Made by a program: the position numbers and the translations under genes. Positions 19,208 through 30,025 of a stretch of DNA of 64,000 bases are shown here, one piece after another (positions within the stretch are counted from its first letter, which is position 1; each line of letters begins with the position of its first letter). The stretch is from sequence record DRR723986_2444; one strand, given 5' to 3'. The notes beneath the pieces are model-generated. The model did not search any database and was not told the origin of the DNA. It worked only from the letters and a program-made list of their open reading frames with translations.

Positions 19208-20677
19208 ATGTCCCGTTTAGTTATTGTTGTCGATGATGTGCGCGACTGGGGGCCTTATTATCCCAGCCATTCGGTCATCAGTTTCGATGATTATCTTTGT
19301 CTTGGAACGACTCGCGAGCGCGTCAGGGTCGTTAATCTGTGCCGGAACTACCGCTATCTCGGTAGCGGCTACTATTGCTCGCTGTTGGCTGAAGCCCGCG
19401 GGCATCATGTTATTCCCTCTCTGAAAACCCTGACGGAATTGTCGGCAAAGCCGCTGTCGTCTATTCAGTGGCAGGGCATGTTGCCGACGCTTGCCGCGCT
19501 TGCACCGGGGCAGCCGGGCGAGGTGAAACAGTTGCGATGCTGGTTCGGCGAGACTTTGGCGCCAGAATATGCCGACCTTGCGCGCTCGGCATTCCAACAT
19601 TTTCCCTGCCCGATTCTTGAGCTGCGCATGGTGTATCGCCAGGGTTGGCGTATGGATAAATTACAGGCCGCGTCGCTGCGGGCCTTGTCGTCGAGCACTG
19701 AGCAAGACAGCTTTGCGGCGTGCTTTGAGCGCTTCAGTCAAAAACTATGGCGGCCGGCCCCCGCGCAAAAGCGCTTCCGCTATGATCTGGCGATTCTGGT
19801 TGATACCGAGGAGGCGATGCCGCCTAGCGACGGCGCCGCCCTACGGAAATTTATCCGCGTCGCGGAAAAATACGGTATCTGTGCGGAGCTGATTGGAAGA
19901 GCGGATTATTCGCGGCTGGCAGAGTACGACGGTTTGTTTATCCGCACCACAACGTCGGTAGCGAACATCAGTTACCGCTTTGCCAAACGCGCGGAAGCGG
20001 AAGGCCTGGTGGTTATCGATGACTCTCAGTCGATCTTACGGTGCACGAACAAGATCTATCTTGCTGATTTACTAAGGCGGAACGCGGTTGCTGTACCAAA
20101 GACGGAGTATTTGCGAAGTGGCAGTGAGTCGGAAGCGCGGCGCTTGATAGACGCACTTGGCTTACCCCTGGTGTTAAAGGTGCCCGATGGTGCGTTCTCT
20201 AAAGGGGTGGTTAAAGTCGACAGCCTGGCAGCGCTGTGTGCGGAAGCGCAGCGGCTACTGGATAAGTCGGCGCTGCTTCTTGCGCAGGAGTTTATGTATA
20301 CCGAATACGACTGGCGTATTGGGGTATTGGACGGCCAACCGTTATTTGCTTGTCGTTATTACATGGTGAAAAAACACTGGCAGATTTACCGTCACGGCAA
20401 GCGAAGCCAATCAGGTGGATTTGATGCGGTGCCGATTAGCGATGTCCCAGCCGACGTATTGCGCGCAGCGGTCAGTGCCTGTCAGCTTATCGGCAACAGT
20501 TTTTATGGTGTGGATATCAAGCAGCAGGGAAGTCGGGTGGTGGTCATTGAGGTGAATGATAATCCCAGCATAGACAGCGGGGTAGAGGATAAACTACTCG
20601 GCGACTCGCTTTACGCGGCAGTTATTGAGGTGTTTTTACGGCGAATGGAAAGGCGAGGGCTTGCGGCAACTAAGTAG
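19208..20677 (+). CDS. RimK-family ATP-grasp ligase with N-terminal RLAN domain
   Basis: NLCRNYRYLGSGYYCSLLAEARGH (RLAN), VLKVPDGAFSKGV, QEFMYTEYDWRIGVL, YGVDIK, VIEVNDNPS. Confidence 0.9.
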   Translation: MSRLVIVVDDVRDWGPYYPSHSVISFDDYLCLGTTRERVRVVNLCRNYRYLGSGYYCSLLAEARGHHVIPSLKTLTELSAKPLSSIQWQGMLPTLAALAPGQPGEVKQLRCWFGETLAPEYADLARSAFQHFPCPILELRMVYRQGWRMDKLQAASLRALSSSTEQDSFAACFERFSQKLWRPAPAQKRFRYDLAILVDTEEAMPPSDGAALRKFIRVAEKYGICAELIGRADYSRLAEYDGLFIRTTTSVANISYRFAKRAEAEGLVVIDDSQSILRCTNKIYLADLLRRNAVAVPKTEYLRSGSESEARRLIDALGLPLVLKVPDGAFSKGVVKVDSLAALCAEAQRLLDKSALLLAQEFMYTEYDWRIGVLDGQPLFACRYYMVKKHWQIYRHGKRSQSGGFDAVPISDVPADVLRAAVSACQLIGNSFYGVDIKQQGSRVVVIEVNDNPSIDSGVEDKLLGDSLYAAVIEVFLRRMERRGLAATK

Positions 20678-20681
20678 TGAT

Positions 20682-20706
20682 AAGGGCATCTCTCGATGCC
20701 CTTTTT
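20682..20706 (+). terminator. Rho-independent terminator between convergent genes
   Basis: AAGGGCATC-tctc-GATGCCCTTTTT. Confidence 0.8.
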
Positions 20707-20716
20707 GCTTCGCGCC

Positions 20717-21856
20717 CTAGTAGCCGCACAACGAGGCATAGCGGTCGCGATGGAAGCCGCTGTGCCCCAATAGTTGAGTCGCTACGCGAGAGCGTTTTAG
20801 GAAAAAGCCAATTTCGAGCTCGTCCGTCACACCGATGCCACCGTGCATCTGCACAGCCTCGTTTGTTACCAGCTCGAAAACGTCATTCATACGCGCTTTG
20901 GCTAAGCTGGCAAGCTGAGGCAAGTCCGCACGCTTGTCATCAATGGCAGAGAAGGCATCAAAGAGCACCGATTTTGCCAATTCAAGCTCGATATACATCA
21001 GCGATGCGCGATGCTGCAGGGCTTGAAAACTGCCAATTTTTACGCCGAACTGGTCACGCTCTTTTAAATACTCCACGGTGCGCTCAAAGCATTCGAGCGC
21101 GCCACCGAGCATCTCTGCTGCCAGGCAAACGCGGCCGCGATCAAGTACCGCCTCCAGAACTGGCCAGGCCTGGCCCAGCTCGCCGATAAGCGCATCGGCT
21201 GAGACGTCCACGTTATCGAAACTGAGGGCAGCAGCGCCGCGGCTATCGACCATTTTACGGCGCTGACGAGTTAGCCCTTTGGCATCGCCGTCTACGAGAA
21301 ACAGGCTCAAGCCATCAGCGCTACCGGCTGTTCCGCTGGTACGCGCAACCACGACCAGCTTATCTGCACTGTGCCCGTCGACAACGAAACTTTTATTGCC
21401 ATTCAGGCGGAAACCGCCGTCGTGGGCTTCTGCGGCCATTGCGGTATCGAGTGGTGCGTGGTGGTGCCCTTCTTCGAGGGCGAGAGCGAGGGTGAGCTCG
21501 CCGCTGGCAACCTTGGGAAGCAACGAGGATTTTTGCTCTTCATTGCCGCCCAGCAGAATTGCCGACGCGCCGAGCACAACGGTGCTCAGCAGGGGGGAAG
21601 CGGCCAGCGTACGGCCACTTTCTTCGATGATTGCGCCCAGGCCCATAAAGCCAAAGTCCAGGCCATCGTACTCCTCGGGCAGGACAATGCTGGCCCAGCC
21701 GAGTTCGCACATTTGCTGCCATTGCTGCTGGGAGTAGCCGGTTGGGTCATCGCTATCGCGCAACGTGCGCAGCGCTTCTACCGGCATATTTTCGCTCAAA
21801 AAATCCTTGGCGGTGTCCTTGAGCAGGCGTTGTTCTTCATTAAGTACCAGTGCCAT
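20717..21856 (-). CDS. Acyl-CoA dehydrogenase family protein (probable partner subunit)
   Basis: RDQFGVKIGSFQALQHR, AVQMHGGIGVTDE. Confidence 0.93.
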   Translation of the reverse strand: MALVLNEEQRLLKDTAKDFLSENMPVEALRTLRDSDDPTGYSQQQWQQMCELGWASIVLPEEYDGLDFGFMGLGAIIEESGRTLAASPLLSTVVLGASAILLGGNEEQKSSLLPKVASGELTLALALEEGHHHAPLDTAMAAEAHDGGFRLNGNKSFVVDGHSADKLVVVARTSGTAGSADGLSLFLVDGDAKGLTRQRRKMVDSRGAAALSFDNVDVSADALIGELGQAWPVLEAVLDRGRVCLAAEMLGGALECFERTVEYLKERDQFGVKIGSFQALQHRASLMYIELELAKSVLFDAFSAIDDKRADLPQLASLAKARMNDVFELVTNEAVQMHGGIGVTDELEIGFFLKRSRVATQLLGHSGFHRDRYASLCGY

Positions 21857-21871
21857 GTTGGGCTCCCTTAA

Positions 21872-23065
21872 TTACTGCTGAGGCAAGCCAAGGACACGCT
21901 TGGCAATAATATTGAGTTGTACTTCTGATGTGCCACCGGCAATAGAGAGTGCTTTTGAGAACAGCCAGCCGCGCGTCGTCAGCTTTTCGTCTTCGTTAAA
22001 GCCGTCGCCGTCCCAACCGAGAGCCTGGTGACCAAGCAGCGCGAGTAACAATTCTTCTTTGCGCTTACCTTCTTCCGTACCCACGTACTTCATAATGAGC
22101 GGTACATTGCTGTCGGCTTGGCCGCTCATGCGCTCTTCAAAGGTGCGGAAATGCGTCAGGCCAATGGCGCGGTAAGCCATTTCATGGCGCACCAGCTGGT
22201 CGCGTAGCGCCGCGTCTTTGAGCTTGCCGTTTTCATCTGTACCGACATATTCCAGAGCCGCTTGAACGGGGCCAAAGCTGGGGCCAGGGGTATCGCCACC
22301 GATTTCTGACATCAGCTTGCGCTCGTGCTTGAGCAGCGCTTTGGCAACCGACCAGCCCTTGTTCAGTTCGCCAATCAAGTTGGCCTTGGGCACTTTCACG
22401 TTGTCAAAGAAGGTTTGGCAAAATTCGGATTCGCCGCTGATCAACTCAATCGGTGTTGTGGTGACACCCGGATCATCCATGTCGATGAGTAGGAAGCTGA
22501 TGCCTTCTTGTTTTTTTGCGTCTGGGTCTGTGCGGACCAGGCAGAAGATCCAGTCAGCCTTGTCGGCATTGGTTGTCCAGATTTTCGAGCCGTTAACCAA
22601 AAAGTGGTCGCCCATATCTTCGGCGCGGGTTTGCAGGCTGGCCAAATCGGAGCCAGCGCCGGGTTCTGAGTAGCCCTGGCACCAGCGCACGTCGCCGCGC
22701 GCAATTTTGGGAATGTGTTCTTGCTTTTGCTCGTCGTTACCAAACTCGAGTACGGCGGGCCCAAGCATCCAAATGCCGAGGTCAAAAAGCGGGGTACGGC
22801 AACCCAATGCCTTCATTTCTTCTTTCAGGATTTTGGCTTGGCGCTCATCGAGGCCGCCACCGCCCAATTCGCTGGGCCATTCGGGTACTGTCCAGCCTTT
22901 GTCGCGCATGCGCTCAAACCACAGCTTTGCATCGTCGCTGGGGAACTGTTTGTTTTTGCCCGCCCACACTTGTTCTTCGCGGGTAATTGGCAGGCGCTGT
23001 GAGGCGGGGCAGTTGTCCTCCAGCCACTGTCTGACTTCGAGGCGGAATTGGTCGAGATCGGCCAC
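21872..23065 (-). CDS. Acyl-CoA dehydrogenase family protein
   Basis: WCQGYSEPGAGSDLASL, NGSKIWTT, SIAGGTSEVQLNIIAKRVLGLP. Confidence 0.94.
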   Translation of the reverse strand: MADLDQFRLEVRQWLEDNCPASQRLPITREEQVWAGKNKQFPSDDAKLWFERMRDKGWTVPEWPSELGGGGLDERQAKILKEEMKALGCRTPLFDLGIWMLGPAVLEFGNDEQKQEHIPKIARGDVRWCQGYSEPGAGSDLASLQTRAEDMGDHFLVNGSKIWTTNADKADWIFCLVRTDPDAKKQEGISFLLIDMDDPGVTTTPIELISGESEFCQTFFDNVKVPKANLIGELNKGWSVAKALLKHERKLMSEIGGDTPGPSFGPVQAALEYVGTDENGKLKDAALRDQLVRHEMAYRAIGLTHFRTFEERMSGQADSNVPLIMKYVGTEEGKRKEELLLALLGHQALGWDGDGFNEDEKLTTRGWLFSKALSIAGGTSEVQLNIIAKRVLGLPQQ

Positions 23066-23327
23066 GTCGCTCTCCTATTTTATTGGGAATATGGCAGTGC
23101 CGCGGCAGCCGTGCCGGGCGGTTTCAATGGTTGCTCAGCTTAGCGAAAGGCAGGCGCAAGGCAAGAGCCAAACGCGTCATGCCGACTGACATATTGGGTC
23201 ACTAATTTCATTTGCTTCTCCTACTTTTGGGTGTTTACGCCAACGCGACAGTTGCCGATGCTTGTCGATTAGCCGTTGGCGCAGCGATACTGCGCGGCGA
23301 GTTCATTGAAAATAATTAGGAATAGCT

Positions 23328-24077
23328 ATGACTCGATTTGAGAACAAGGTGGTAATGGTGACTGGTGCGGCGTCGGGGATTGGCCGTGCGGCAGCCCTCA
23401 GGGTGGCATCGGAGGGCGGCAAGGTCTTTTGTACGGATATTAACGAAGAAGCCTTGCAAGAACTGGTAGCGGACATTCAGCAACAGGGCGGGGAAGCCAT
23501 CGCACAGCGGTTTGATATTTCCGCCGAGGGCGCCGCCGAGGACTGCCTCGCCAGTTTGATCGCGCAATGGGGAAGGCTGGATGCACTGGTTAATATGGCC
23601 GGTATTTTGCGTTTTTGTAATGCCCACGAGACGCCCCTGGAGGTGTGGCAGAAAATCATCGCGGTAAACCTGACCGGGACCTTTATGCTGTGCAAAGCGG
23701 TATTGCCTGAGTTGCTCAAAACGAAGGGGGCGATTGTGAATGCCGCCTCAACGGCGTCGCTGCAGGGGCTGCCCTGGGGCGTTGCCTACGGTGCAAGCAA
23801 AGGCGGCGTGCTGGCGATGACCCGCAGTATTGCTGTGGAGTATGCAAAGCGCGGTGTCAGGGCGAACTGTGTGTGCCCCGGTGACATTAACACGGGGATG
23901 GTGGAAGGCCTGAGCTTCCCCGAGGATGCCGACTTTGACCTCCTGAACCGAATTACCTCGCTGAGCGGCGCGAAGGGGCCGGAAGTTGTGGCTGGCGCTA
24001 TCGCATTGTTGGCCAGTGATGACGGTATTCATATTACCGGTGAAGAAATACGGGTAGATGGCGGTATTCTTGCGTGA
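23328..24077 (+). CDS. SDR family oxidoreductase
   Basis: TGAASGIG, YGASKGG (YxxxK). Confidence 0.93.
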   Translation: MTRFENKVVMVTGAASGIGRAAALRVASEGGKVFCTDINEEALQELVADIQQQGGEAIAQRFDISAEGAAEDCLASLIAQWGRLDALVNMAGILRFCNAHETPLEVWQKIIAVNLTGTFMLCKAVLPELLKTKGAIVNAASTASLQGLPWGVAYGASKGGVLAMTRSIAVEYAKRGVRANCVCPGDINTGMVEGLSFPEDADFDLLNRITSLSGAKGPEVVAGAIALLASDDGIHITGEEIRVDGGILA

Positions 24078-24160
24078 TTTTGCCGACAAATCGCCTTGTG
24101 TGGTGGGCCGCTGCTGTTTAGTCTTGCTGCGTTTAGTAGATGACTTCAGCGGAGTGACGT

Positions 24161-25639
24161 ATGGCGACCTACCTTCTTGCCATTGATCAAGGGACGACCA
24201 GTTCCCGGGCTATTGTTTTTGATAATCGTGGCAAGATCTGCGGTGTTGGGCAGCAAGAGTTTACCCAACATTACCCCAAGGATGGCTGGGTAGAGCACGA
24301 TCCCGAGGAAATCTGGCAAACCACGCTGGCGAGCTGTAAAGCGGCGATCACTGCAGCGGCGATCACGGCTGATCAAATTGCCGGTATTGGTATTACTAAT
24401 CAGCGCGAAACGACGCTGGTATGGGATCGAAAAACGGGTGACCCCGTTTATCCAGCAATCGTTTGGCAGGATCGGCGAACCGCCGACTGGATTTCTCAGC
24501 TTAAGGAGCAGGGCCTAGAGGGAACGGTAAACAAGCGCACAGGCTTGCTGTTAGACCCTTATTTTTCTGGCAGTAAGCTTGCCTGGATACTCGATAATGT
24601 TCCAGGGGCGCGCCAGCGTGCCGACGCCGGCGAGTTGGCCTTTGGCACGGTTGACTGTTATCTGCTGTGGCGTCTGACCGGTGGGCGAGAGCACGCAACC
24701 GATGCCAGCAATGCCTCGCGGACTCTACTTTTTAACATTCATCGTCAGTGCTGGGATGAAGACCTTCTGGAAATGTTCAATATTCCTGCGTCGCTGTTGC
24801 CTGCGGTGAAAAACAGCTGCGACGACTTTGGCTTTGCCGACGCCTCACTGCTCGGCGCTGAACTTCCCATTGCGTCGTTGATCGGTGATCAACAGGCTGC
24901 GACTGTGGGGCAGGCTTGCTTTAAACCGGGTATGGCAAAAAGCACCTATGGCACGGGGTGCTTTGTCATGCTCAATACAGGCAACCGCGCATTAACCTCG
25001 ACAAACCGCCTGCTGACGACGGTGGCATACCGCATTAACAACGAAGTTTGCTATGCCCTCGAAGGCAGTATATTTATGGCTGGCGCGGCAGTGCAGTGGT
25101 TGCGCGACGGCCTGAAATTAATCGGTTCGGCAGCTGAAACCCAGGCGCTTGCTGAGAGCGTTGACAGCGCGAATGGCGTGTTCATGGTGCCGGCATTTAC
25201 CGGGTTGGGCGCACCGTATTGGGACCCCGATGCACGCGGGGCTATTCTCGGACTGACCAGGGACACGGGTATTGCGCATATTGCCAGAGCGACACTCGAG
25301 TCCGTCTGCTATCAAACGCGTGACTTACTCGAGGCAATGGCAGGCGACGGCGCTGATATTCAGCACCTGCGTGTGGATGGCGGCATGGTTGTGAATGATT
25401 GGCTGGTGCAGCGCTTATCCGATACCTTGGCCTGTCATTGCCAGCGCCCTGCCGTGACAGAGACAACCGCCCTCGGCGCGGCATACTTGGCTGGCTTACA
25501 GCTAGGCTTATACGCCTCATTGGATGAAATTGCGGATATGTGGCGCGAGGAACGCAGCTTTATGCCGGCCATGAGCGAGATCGACCGAGAGACTCGTTAT
25601 CACGGTTGGAAGAAAGCCGTCGCTCGGGTTCGCAGTTAA
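24161..25639 (+). CDS. glpK: Glycerol kinase
   Basis: [44 protein letters not shown]. Confidence 0.97.
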   Translation: MATYLLAIDQGTTSSRAIVFDNRGKICGVGQQEFTQHYPKDGWVEHDPEEIWQTTLASCKAAITAAAITADQIAGIGITNQRETTLVWDRKTGDPVYPAIVWQDRRTADWISQLKEQGLEGTVNKRTGLLLDPYFSGSKLAWILDNVPGARQRADAGELAFGTVDCYLLWRLTGGREHATDASNASRTLLFNIHRQCWDEDLLEMFNIPASLLPAVKNSCDDFGFADASLLGAELPIASLIGDQQAATVGQACFKPGMAKSTYGTGCFVMLNTGNRALTSTNRLLTTVAYRINNEVCYALEGSIFMAGAAVQWLRDGLKLIGSAAETQALAESVDSANGVFMVPAFTGLGAPYWDPDARGAILGLTRDTGIAHIARATLESVCYQTRDLLEAMAGDGADIQHLRVDGGMVVNDWLVQRLSDTLACHCQRPAVTETTALGAAYLAGLQLGLYASLDEIADMWREERSFMPAMSEIDRETRYHGWKKAVARVRS

Positions 25640-28428
25640 ACGCGGATACTCAGATCCAAGGCGCTTATCGGCACAGGGCGGCTGATGTAGTAGCCTTGGA
25701 TGTAATCCACTTGCATGCTGCTTAACACGTCCATGGCGGCTTTTTCTTCAACGCCCTCAGCGATGACTTTCTTACCGAGGCTGTGGCTCATTTCGATGAT
25801 GGACCGTACTAGCGCCTGATCGTTTTCCCGCTCATGGATAAAACGAATAAACGCCTGATCAATTTTGATGTAGTCCACCGGCAACTCCCTTACATATTCG
25901 AACGAGGTGAAGCCGACCCCGAAGTCGTCCAGAGCGATTTGTGCACCGCTCGACTTGATCTGCTCGAGCAGGGTGCGAGCATTGTCGATGTTTTCCAGTG
26001 CATCAGTCTCAACGAGCTCGAAAATCACGGCATCAGGTGTGACGCCCGTGTCATCAATAATTTGCGTGAGCCGCTCTGAAAAGTCGGGCTGTTCCAGTGT
26101 TGGCGCCGTTATATTGATGCTCAGTTGAATACTTACCCCCGCTTGTTGCCACGCTGCCAGCTGGCGCAGGGCTTTCTCGATAACCAAGTAGTCGATTTGT
26201 GGCATCAAGCCTGACTCAGTAGCAATGCCCAGGAATTTGGCAGGGGCGATAAAGCTGCCTTCGTCATCGAGCATTCTGACTAAGCTCTCACAATGACTAA
26301 TGCGCTGGCTTTTTAGATCGATGATCGGCTGGTAAAAAAGGACGAGGCGATTATTGTTCAGTGCTTGTACAAGCTGCTCTTTTAGTAAGTATTTTTCCTG
26401 CCGGTTTTCACGGCTGTCCTCTTCATCAGCATAGTAGACATGACCCTTGGCCTTATTTTTCATTCTTTGCATCAAGGACGTGGCATTGGAGAGTAATTCG
26501 TCCACAGTGCAGGCATCGCGTTCGTACTTGTCGACGATGACCGTCGCGTTAATAGACTCGGTATGATTGCCGAGGGTTATTTCAAAGTGACTGATAGCAT
26601 CGAGCTGCTGCGGTGAGGCGGGAGGCTGTGAGGCAAGCAATACACAGTATTCCCCCGATCCGGTGCGCGCTAGCAAGCACGAGTTATCGAGGATCTGACT
26701 AATATGGTTCGCGAATTTGCGTAGTAGGTCGTCACCGCAGTCAAAGCCGAAGCGGTCGTTGAACTCAGAGAAATTGTCGATATCGACCATGATCAGGCTT
26801 ATGGCTTGCTCGTCCTCAAGCAGGTGAATTCGACGGTCGGCCTCTTCAATAAAGGTACTTCGGTTAAGCAGTCCGGTGACTCGGTCGTGTTCGCCTAACC
26901 AGCGCAGGCTTTCCTCGGCACGTCGGGTTTCGGTAATGTCTACGCCCAGAGACAGGATCAGCTTTGTACTGTCTAACTCAACAATTGAGTGAGTCCAAAG
27001 GAAGTCGTGAATTTGCCCATCAGCCGCGAGGAAGGGCAGTTCATTTTGAAATTTCCGCTGATTTTTATCGGCCATATTTCGCAGCGAATTGCTGAGCGTG
27101 ACATCGCGCTCCGGGTCGCGAACCCACTGATTGATATTGGCATTGACGGGTAGGTTGCTATTTAAGCCGCTGAGCATGCGCCCCATCGCGTTTATGTTCT
27201 GAATCGTGCCATCCAAGCGGTGTGTAACGACGACCATCGGCGAGTTTTCCAGCAGCATTTCATTAAACTGCTTGGCTTCTGTTAGGGCGTGAACCTTGTC
27301 TTGAAGTTCATATTGGTGGCGGGCGATATCCTTGTTGAGCAGTTCCAGCGCATCGGTTACCTGTTCTGCCGTGTCGTGTAAGAGGTCAATTTCGTCGGCA
27401 TAGTGGCGATGTCGTGGGACGGTGCTGAGGGCCTTGCGTGCCTCGTCAAATCGCGAGGCAGATAAAAGAGGCAGGGTTTCGGTAATCGTATTGAGCTTGC
27501 TCAGAGGAGGCCGCAGCGTTAAGTAGACGACGATAATAACGAGTACCGACGTGGAGAGGGCGGCAATGAGTATCTCGCGCAGCGTTGCTCTCGCTAGCGA
27601 GGAAATATTTGATTCGTCAGAGATAATGGCCAGATGCAGGTTGCCGTTCGGCATTTCAAAATAGCGTGCCCCAAGGTAGGCACCATTTGTCGACCCAAAG
27701 AATGTGCCCTTCGAAAGGAGGGTTGAGCCGCTCGTTGCCAGTATGCCCGCCAACATCTGGGCGCTTTTGTTGCCGTGACTGGAGAGTAGTGTTTGTTGGG
27801 CGACATCATCGCTTTCTGCCGATGAAAAAATAACCAGTTCGGCGCCAGTAATATCAAAAAAATCTTCAACCAACAGCGAGGCTGAGCGATTGATGTTTAC
27901 AATTAATTCGTTGCCATCATCGTTTATTAGTGGAATAAAAACGCTTTGCGTACAGCTTGGGTTACAGATTATCGAGGCGTGCGGTCGCTGGTTTTCAGTA
28001 ATACTCGCTACCGCGAGCTGAATGTCCTGCTCACTGGGCTGGTAGCTTGTGCCTTCAAGGTGTGCTGAGGCTAAGATGGCCCCGTTTATCGATATGAATA
28101 CCACAGAATCGATGCCCGACATTAACGACGGCGGCGGTACATTGTTGTTGCTAATTGCTTCGATACTGGGGAGCTGGTAGTGATCGGCGCTGCGAAATAG
28201 CTCGCGGCTTGAGCGCTCAACAAGGGTTTTAAAAGTGGATTCCAGCCGCTGCAGGCGCTTGTGCACACCGGCTTCATAGTCATTTAGGGTGTTGTAGTAG
28301 GTGAGCGCCCCCCGACCAAACATGATCAGCGTGATCATAACGAAAATGATGGCGCACAGTTTTTGAAATAGGCTCAGCCCCTTCACAGTCTCCCGCAGTT
28401 GTGCGGAGTGCGGCAGTTTTGAGTTCAT
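25636..28428 (-). CDS. Membrane sensor with PAS, degenerate GGDEF and EAL domains (probable c-di-GMP phosphodiesterase)
   Basis: Two TMs flank a periplasmic domain; PAS region; GGDEF site reads RTGSGEY; EAL domain has FYQPI, CESLVR, DDFGVG, KIDQAFI and IAEGVE. Confidence 0.9.
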   Translation of the reverse strand: MNSKLPHSAQLRETVKGLSLFQKLCAIIFVMITLIMFGRGALTYYNTLNDYEAGVHKRLQRLESTFKTLVERSSRELFRSADHYQLPSIEAISNNNVPPPSLMSGIDSVVFISINGAILASAHLEGTSYQPSEQDIQLAVASITENQRPHASIICNPSCTQSVFIPLINDDGNELIVNINRSASLLVEDFFDITGAELVIFSSAESDDVAQQTLLSSHGNKSAQMLAGILATSGSTLLSKGTFFGSTNGAYLGARYFEMPNGNLHLAIISDESNISSLARATLREILIAALSTSVLVIIVVYLTLRPPLSKLNTITETLPLLSASRFDEARKALSTVPRHRHYADEIDLLHDTAEQVTDALELLNKDIARHQYELQDKVHALTEAKQFNEMLLENSPMVVVTHRLDGTIQNINAMGRMLSGLNSNLPVNANINQWVRDPERDVTLSNSLRNMADKNQRKFQNELPFLAADGQIHDFLWTHSIVELDSTKLILSLGVDITETRRAEESLRWLGEHDRVTGLLNRSTFIEEADRRIHLLEDEQAISLIMVDIDNFSEFNDRFGFDCGDDLLRKFANHISQILDNSCLLARTGSGEYCVLLASQPPASPQQLDAISHFEITLGNHTESINATVIVDKYERDACTVDELLSNATSLMQRMKNKAKGHVYYADEEDSRENRQEKYLLKEQLVQALNNNRLVLFYQPIIDLKSQRISHCESLVRMLDDEGSFIAPAKFLGIATESGLMPQIDYLVIEKALRQLAAWQQAGVSIQLSINITAPTLEQPDFSERLTQIIDDTGVTPDAVIFELVETDALENIDNARTLLEQIKSSGAQIALDDFGVGFTSFEYVRELPVDYIKIDQAFIRFIHERENDQALVRSIIEMSHSLGKKVIAEGVEEKAAMDVLSSMQVDYIQGYYISRPVPISALDLSIRV

Positions 28429-29561
28429 TAGAAACGGTAGCCGACCATGACCGCAAGCATTTCGGTTCGCTCACGGGTGCCATTTGGGTTGTCTATGTCG
28501 GGAATGCCTCCGGTGCCGCGCATGCCTAACAGGTCGGCAGCAATCGTCCAGTTTCGCGATGGTGACCATTTTGTGCCGACCACGAGGTGTTGTGTATCCG
28601 TCGCGTTGCGGTTATCACGATCGTTCACGCTGTATTCTACGCGGCTATGTAAGCTGATTTTTGGTGAAAGCCGGTATTCAGCCTGAAGGTAGGTCGCTTC
28701 AATATCGTTCTTGGCATTGCCCAAGCGCCCGGCTTCATATTTGACGGTTGTGAGGCTGTATTCCGCAGTAAATGACCAGTCCTGCAGGTTGTGCTGCGCT
28801 GACAGCACGTAACCACTGGCGTAAAGATTTAGACCGTCAGCGCCCATAAAATTGGTGTCGAAGTCTAAGCCAACATTGTACATCGACAGAGCGAAGCGGC
28901 TGCGCCCACCTGACATCGCGTGAGAAAACTGCGCAAAAATGGGGTGATCGAGACTACCCTGTGCAATTAACTGAGAGGTTGATGTGCCGAGCAAGTTCTT
29001 AATAACATCTTTCGACAGGCGTTTATTCCGCCCTGCAGTCAGCGAAAAGCTGGTCGTAGAGTCTTCGGCGTCCCAATAGCTATAGAGTTGAGCGCCATCA
29101 GATGAAAACAACAGCTCTCTTAAGCCGTTGCCCTCGTAGTAGATCGCTTGCGGCATAAGAATGCTGGGCCGGGTAAATAAGACATCCCTTGTTTCATTGT
29201 AAAAACCGTAGGCATTGCGAACGCGTCCCACACGGATGCCCAGTCCGGTGACATCATTTTCTATTGCTTTATAGTCGGCAAAAAGAAAATCCACGCGAAG
29301 GCTGCCGTTGTCGGTGGCGCCGGCATCTCTGCTAAGTAATTGCCCGGCAAAATTGAGAGAGTTGTTAAGCCGCCAATTCGCGTTCAGGCCAATTTCGGTC
29401 AGGTCGGTAGACCCGCGTTGGCTGTCGCCGTAAAAATTGTTGCTGTCACTGAGCAAGTAACCTTGTGACGCAAAGCCGTGAATTTGCCCGCCCGGGATTT
29501 CCAGCGCTTGTGTCGCAGCTGGAATAAGGGCGAGTAGCGAGACAATTGCAAATTTATTCAT
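28428..29561 (-). CDS. Outer-membrane beta-barrel / porin-like protein
   Basis: Signal peptide, IHGFASQGY, alternating beta-strand pattern, terminal VMVGYRF. Confidence 0.8.
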   Translation of the reverse strand: MNKFAIVSLLALIPAATQALEIPGGQIHGFASQGYLLSDSNNFYGDSQRGSTDLTEIGLNANWRLNNSLNFAGQLLSRDAGATDNGSLRVDFLFADYKAIENDVTGLGIRVGRVRNAYGFYNETRDVLFTRPSILMPQAIYYEGNGLRELLFSSDGAQLYSYWDAEDSTTSFSLTAGRNKRLSKDVIKNLLGTSTSQLIAQGSLDHPIFAQFSHAMSGGRSRFALSMYNVGLDFDTNFMGADGLNLYASGYVLSAQHNLQDWSFTAEYSLTTVKYEAGRLGNAKNDIEATYLQAEYRLSPKISLHSRVEYSVNDRDNRNATDTQHLVVGTKWSPSRNWTIAADLLGMRGTGGIPDIDNPNGTRERTEMLAVMVGYRF

Positions 29562-30025
29562 GGCTGTAGTCCGGTGGGCACGATGGCGTAGTACTGCTGC
29601 TTATTTACCGATAATTCGCCAGGCGCATATCCAATGGCACCAGGAGTAGAGGTAACAACCCTCCGCAGCTCCTCAATATCTTTTACTGTGGTTGGCGGTG
29701 TCCCCACGCCGCTGAAAATCACGCGATCCCACTGGTCTCGAAGAACATAGGGGTAGATTTTCAGTACCGTTTTGCAGAAGTTTTTATGCAATGGATGGTT
29801 GTCGGGTAGTACAAAAACCTTGATAGGTGTTTGGTTTTCCCAGCTACGCTTTCGCAAGGAGAATATCGCCCGCAGGGTGCTGGTGTTGAGCTTGTCGACA
29901 TTCACGCTTTCGTGTGCGATGAGCGTGACGGGGGTGCCCGCCGATGAAAAGTTGCAGGCGAGGAAAGACCACAGCAGCAAGGTTGCTACAAGCCAGCGGG
30001 GGCGATTAAGTGACCCTATGCCCAC
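29558..30025 (-). CDS. Small exported PstS/PBP2-like substrate-binding protein
   Basis: Signal-like N-terminus; LRAIFS...W...IKVFVLPD...H..FC...L; VVTSTPGAIGY; GGAGG RBS. Confidence 0.75.
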   Translation of the reverse strand: MGIGSLNRPRWLVATLLLWSFLACNFSSAGTPVTLIAHESVNVDKLNTSTLRAIFSLRKRSWENQTPIKVFVLPDNHPLHKNFCKTVLKIYPYVLRDQWDRVIFSGVGTPPTTVKDIEELRRVVTSTPGAIGYAPGELSVNKQQYYAIVPTGLQP

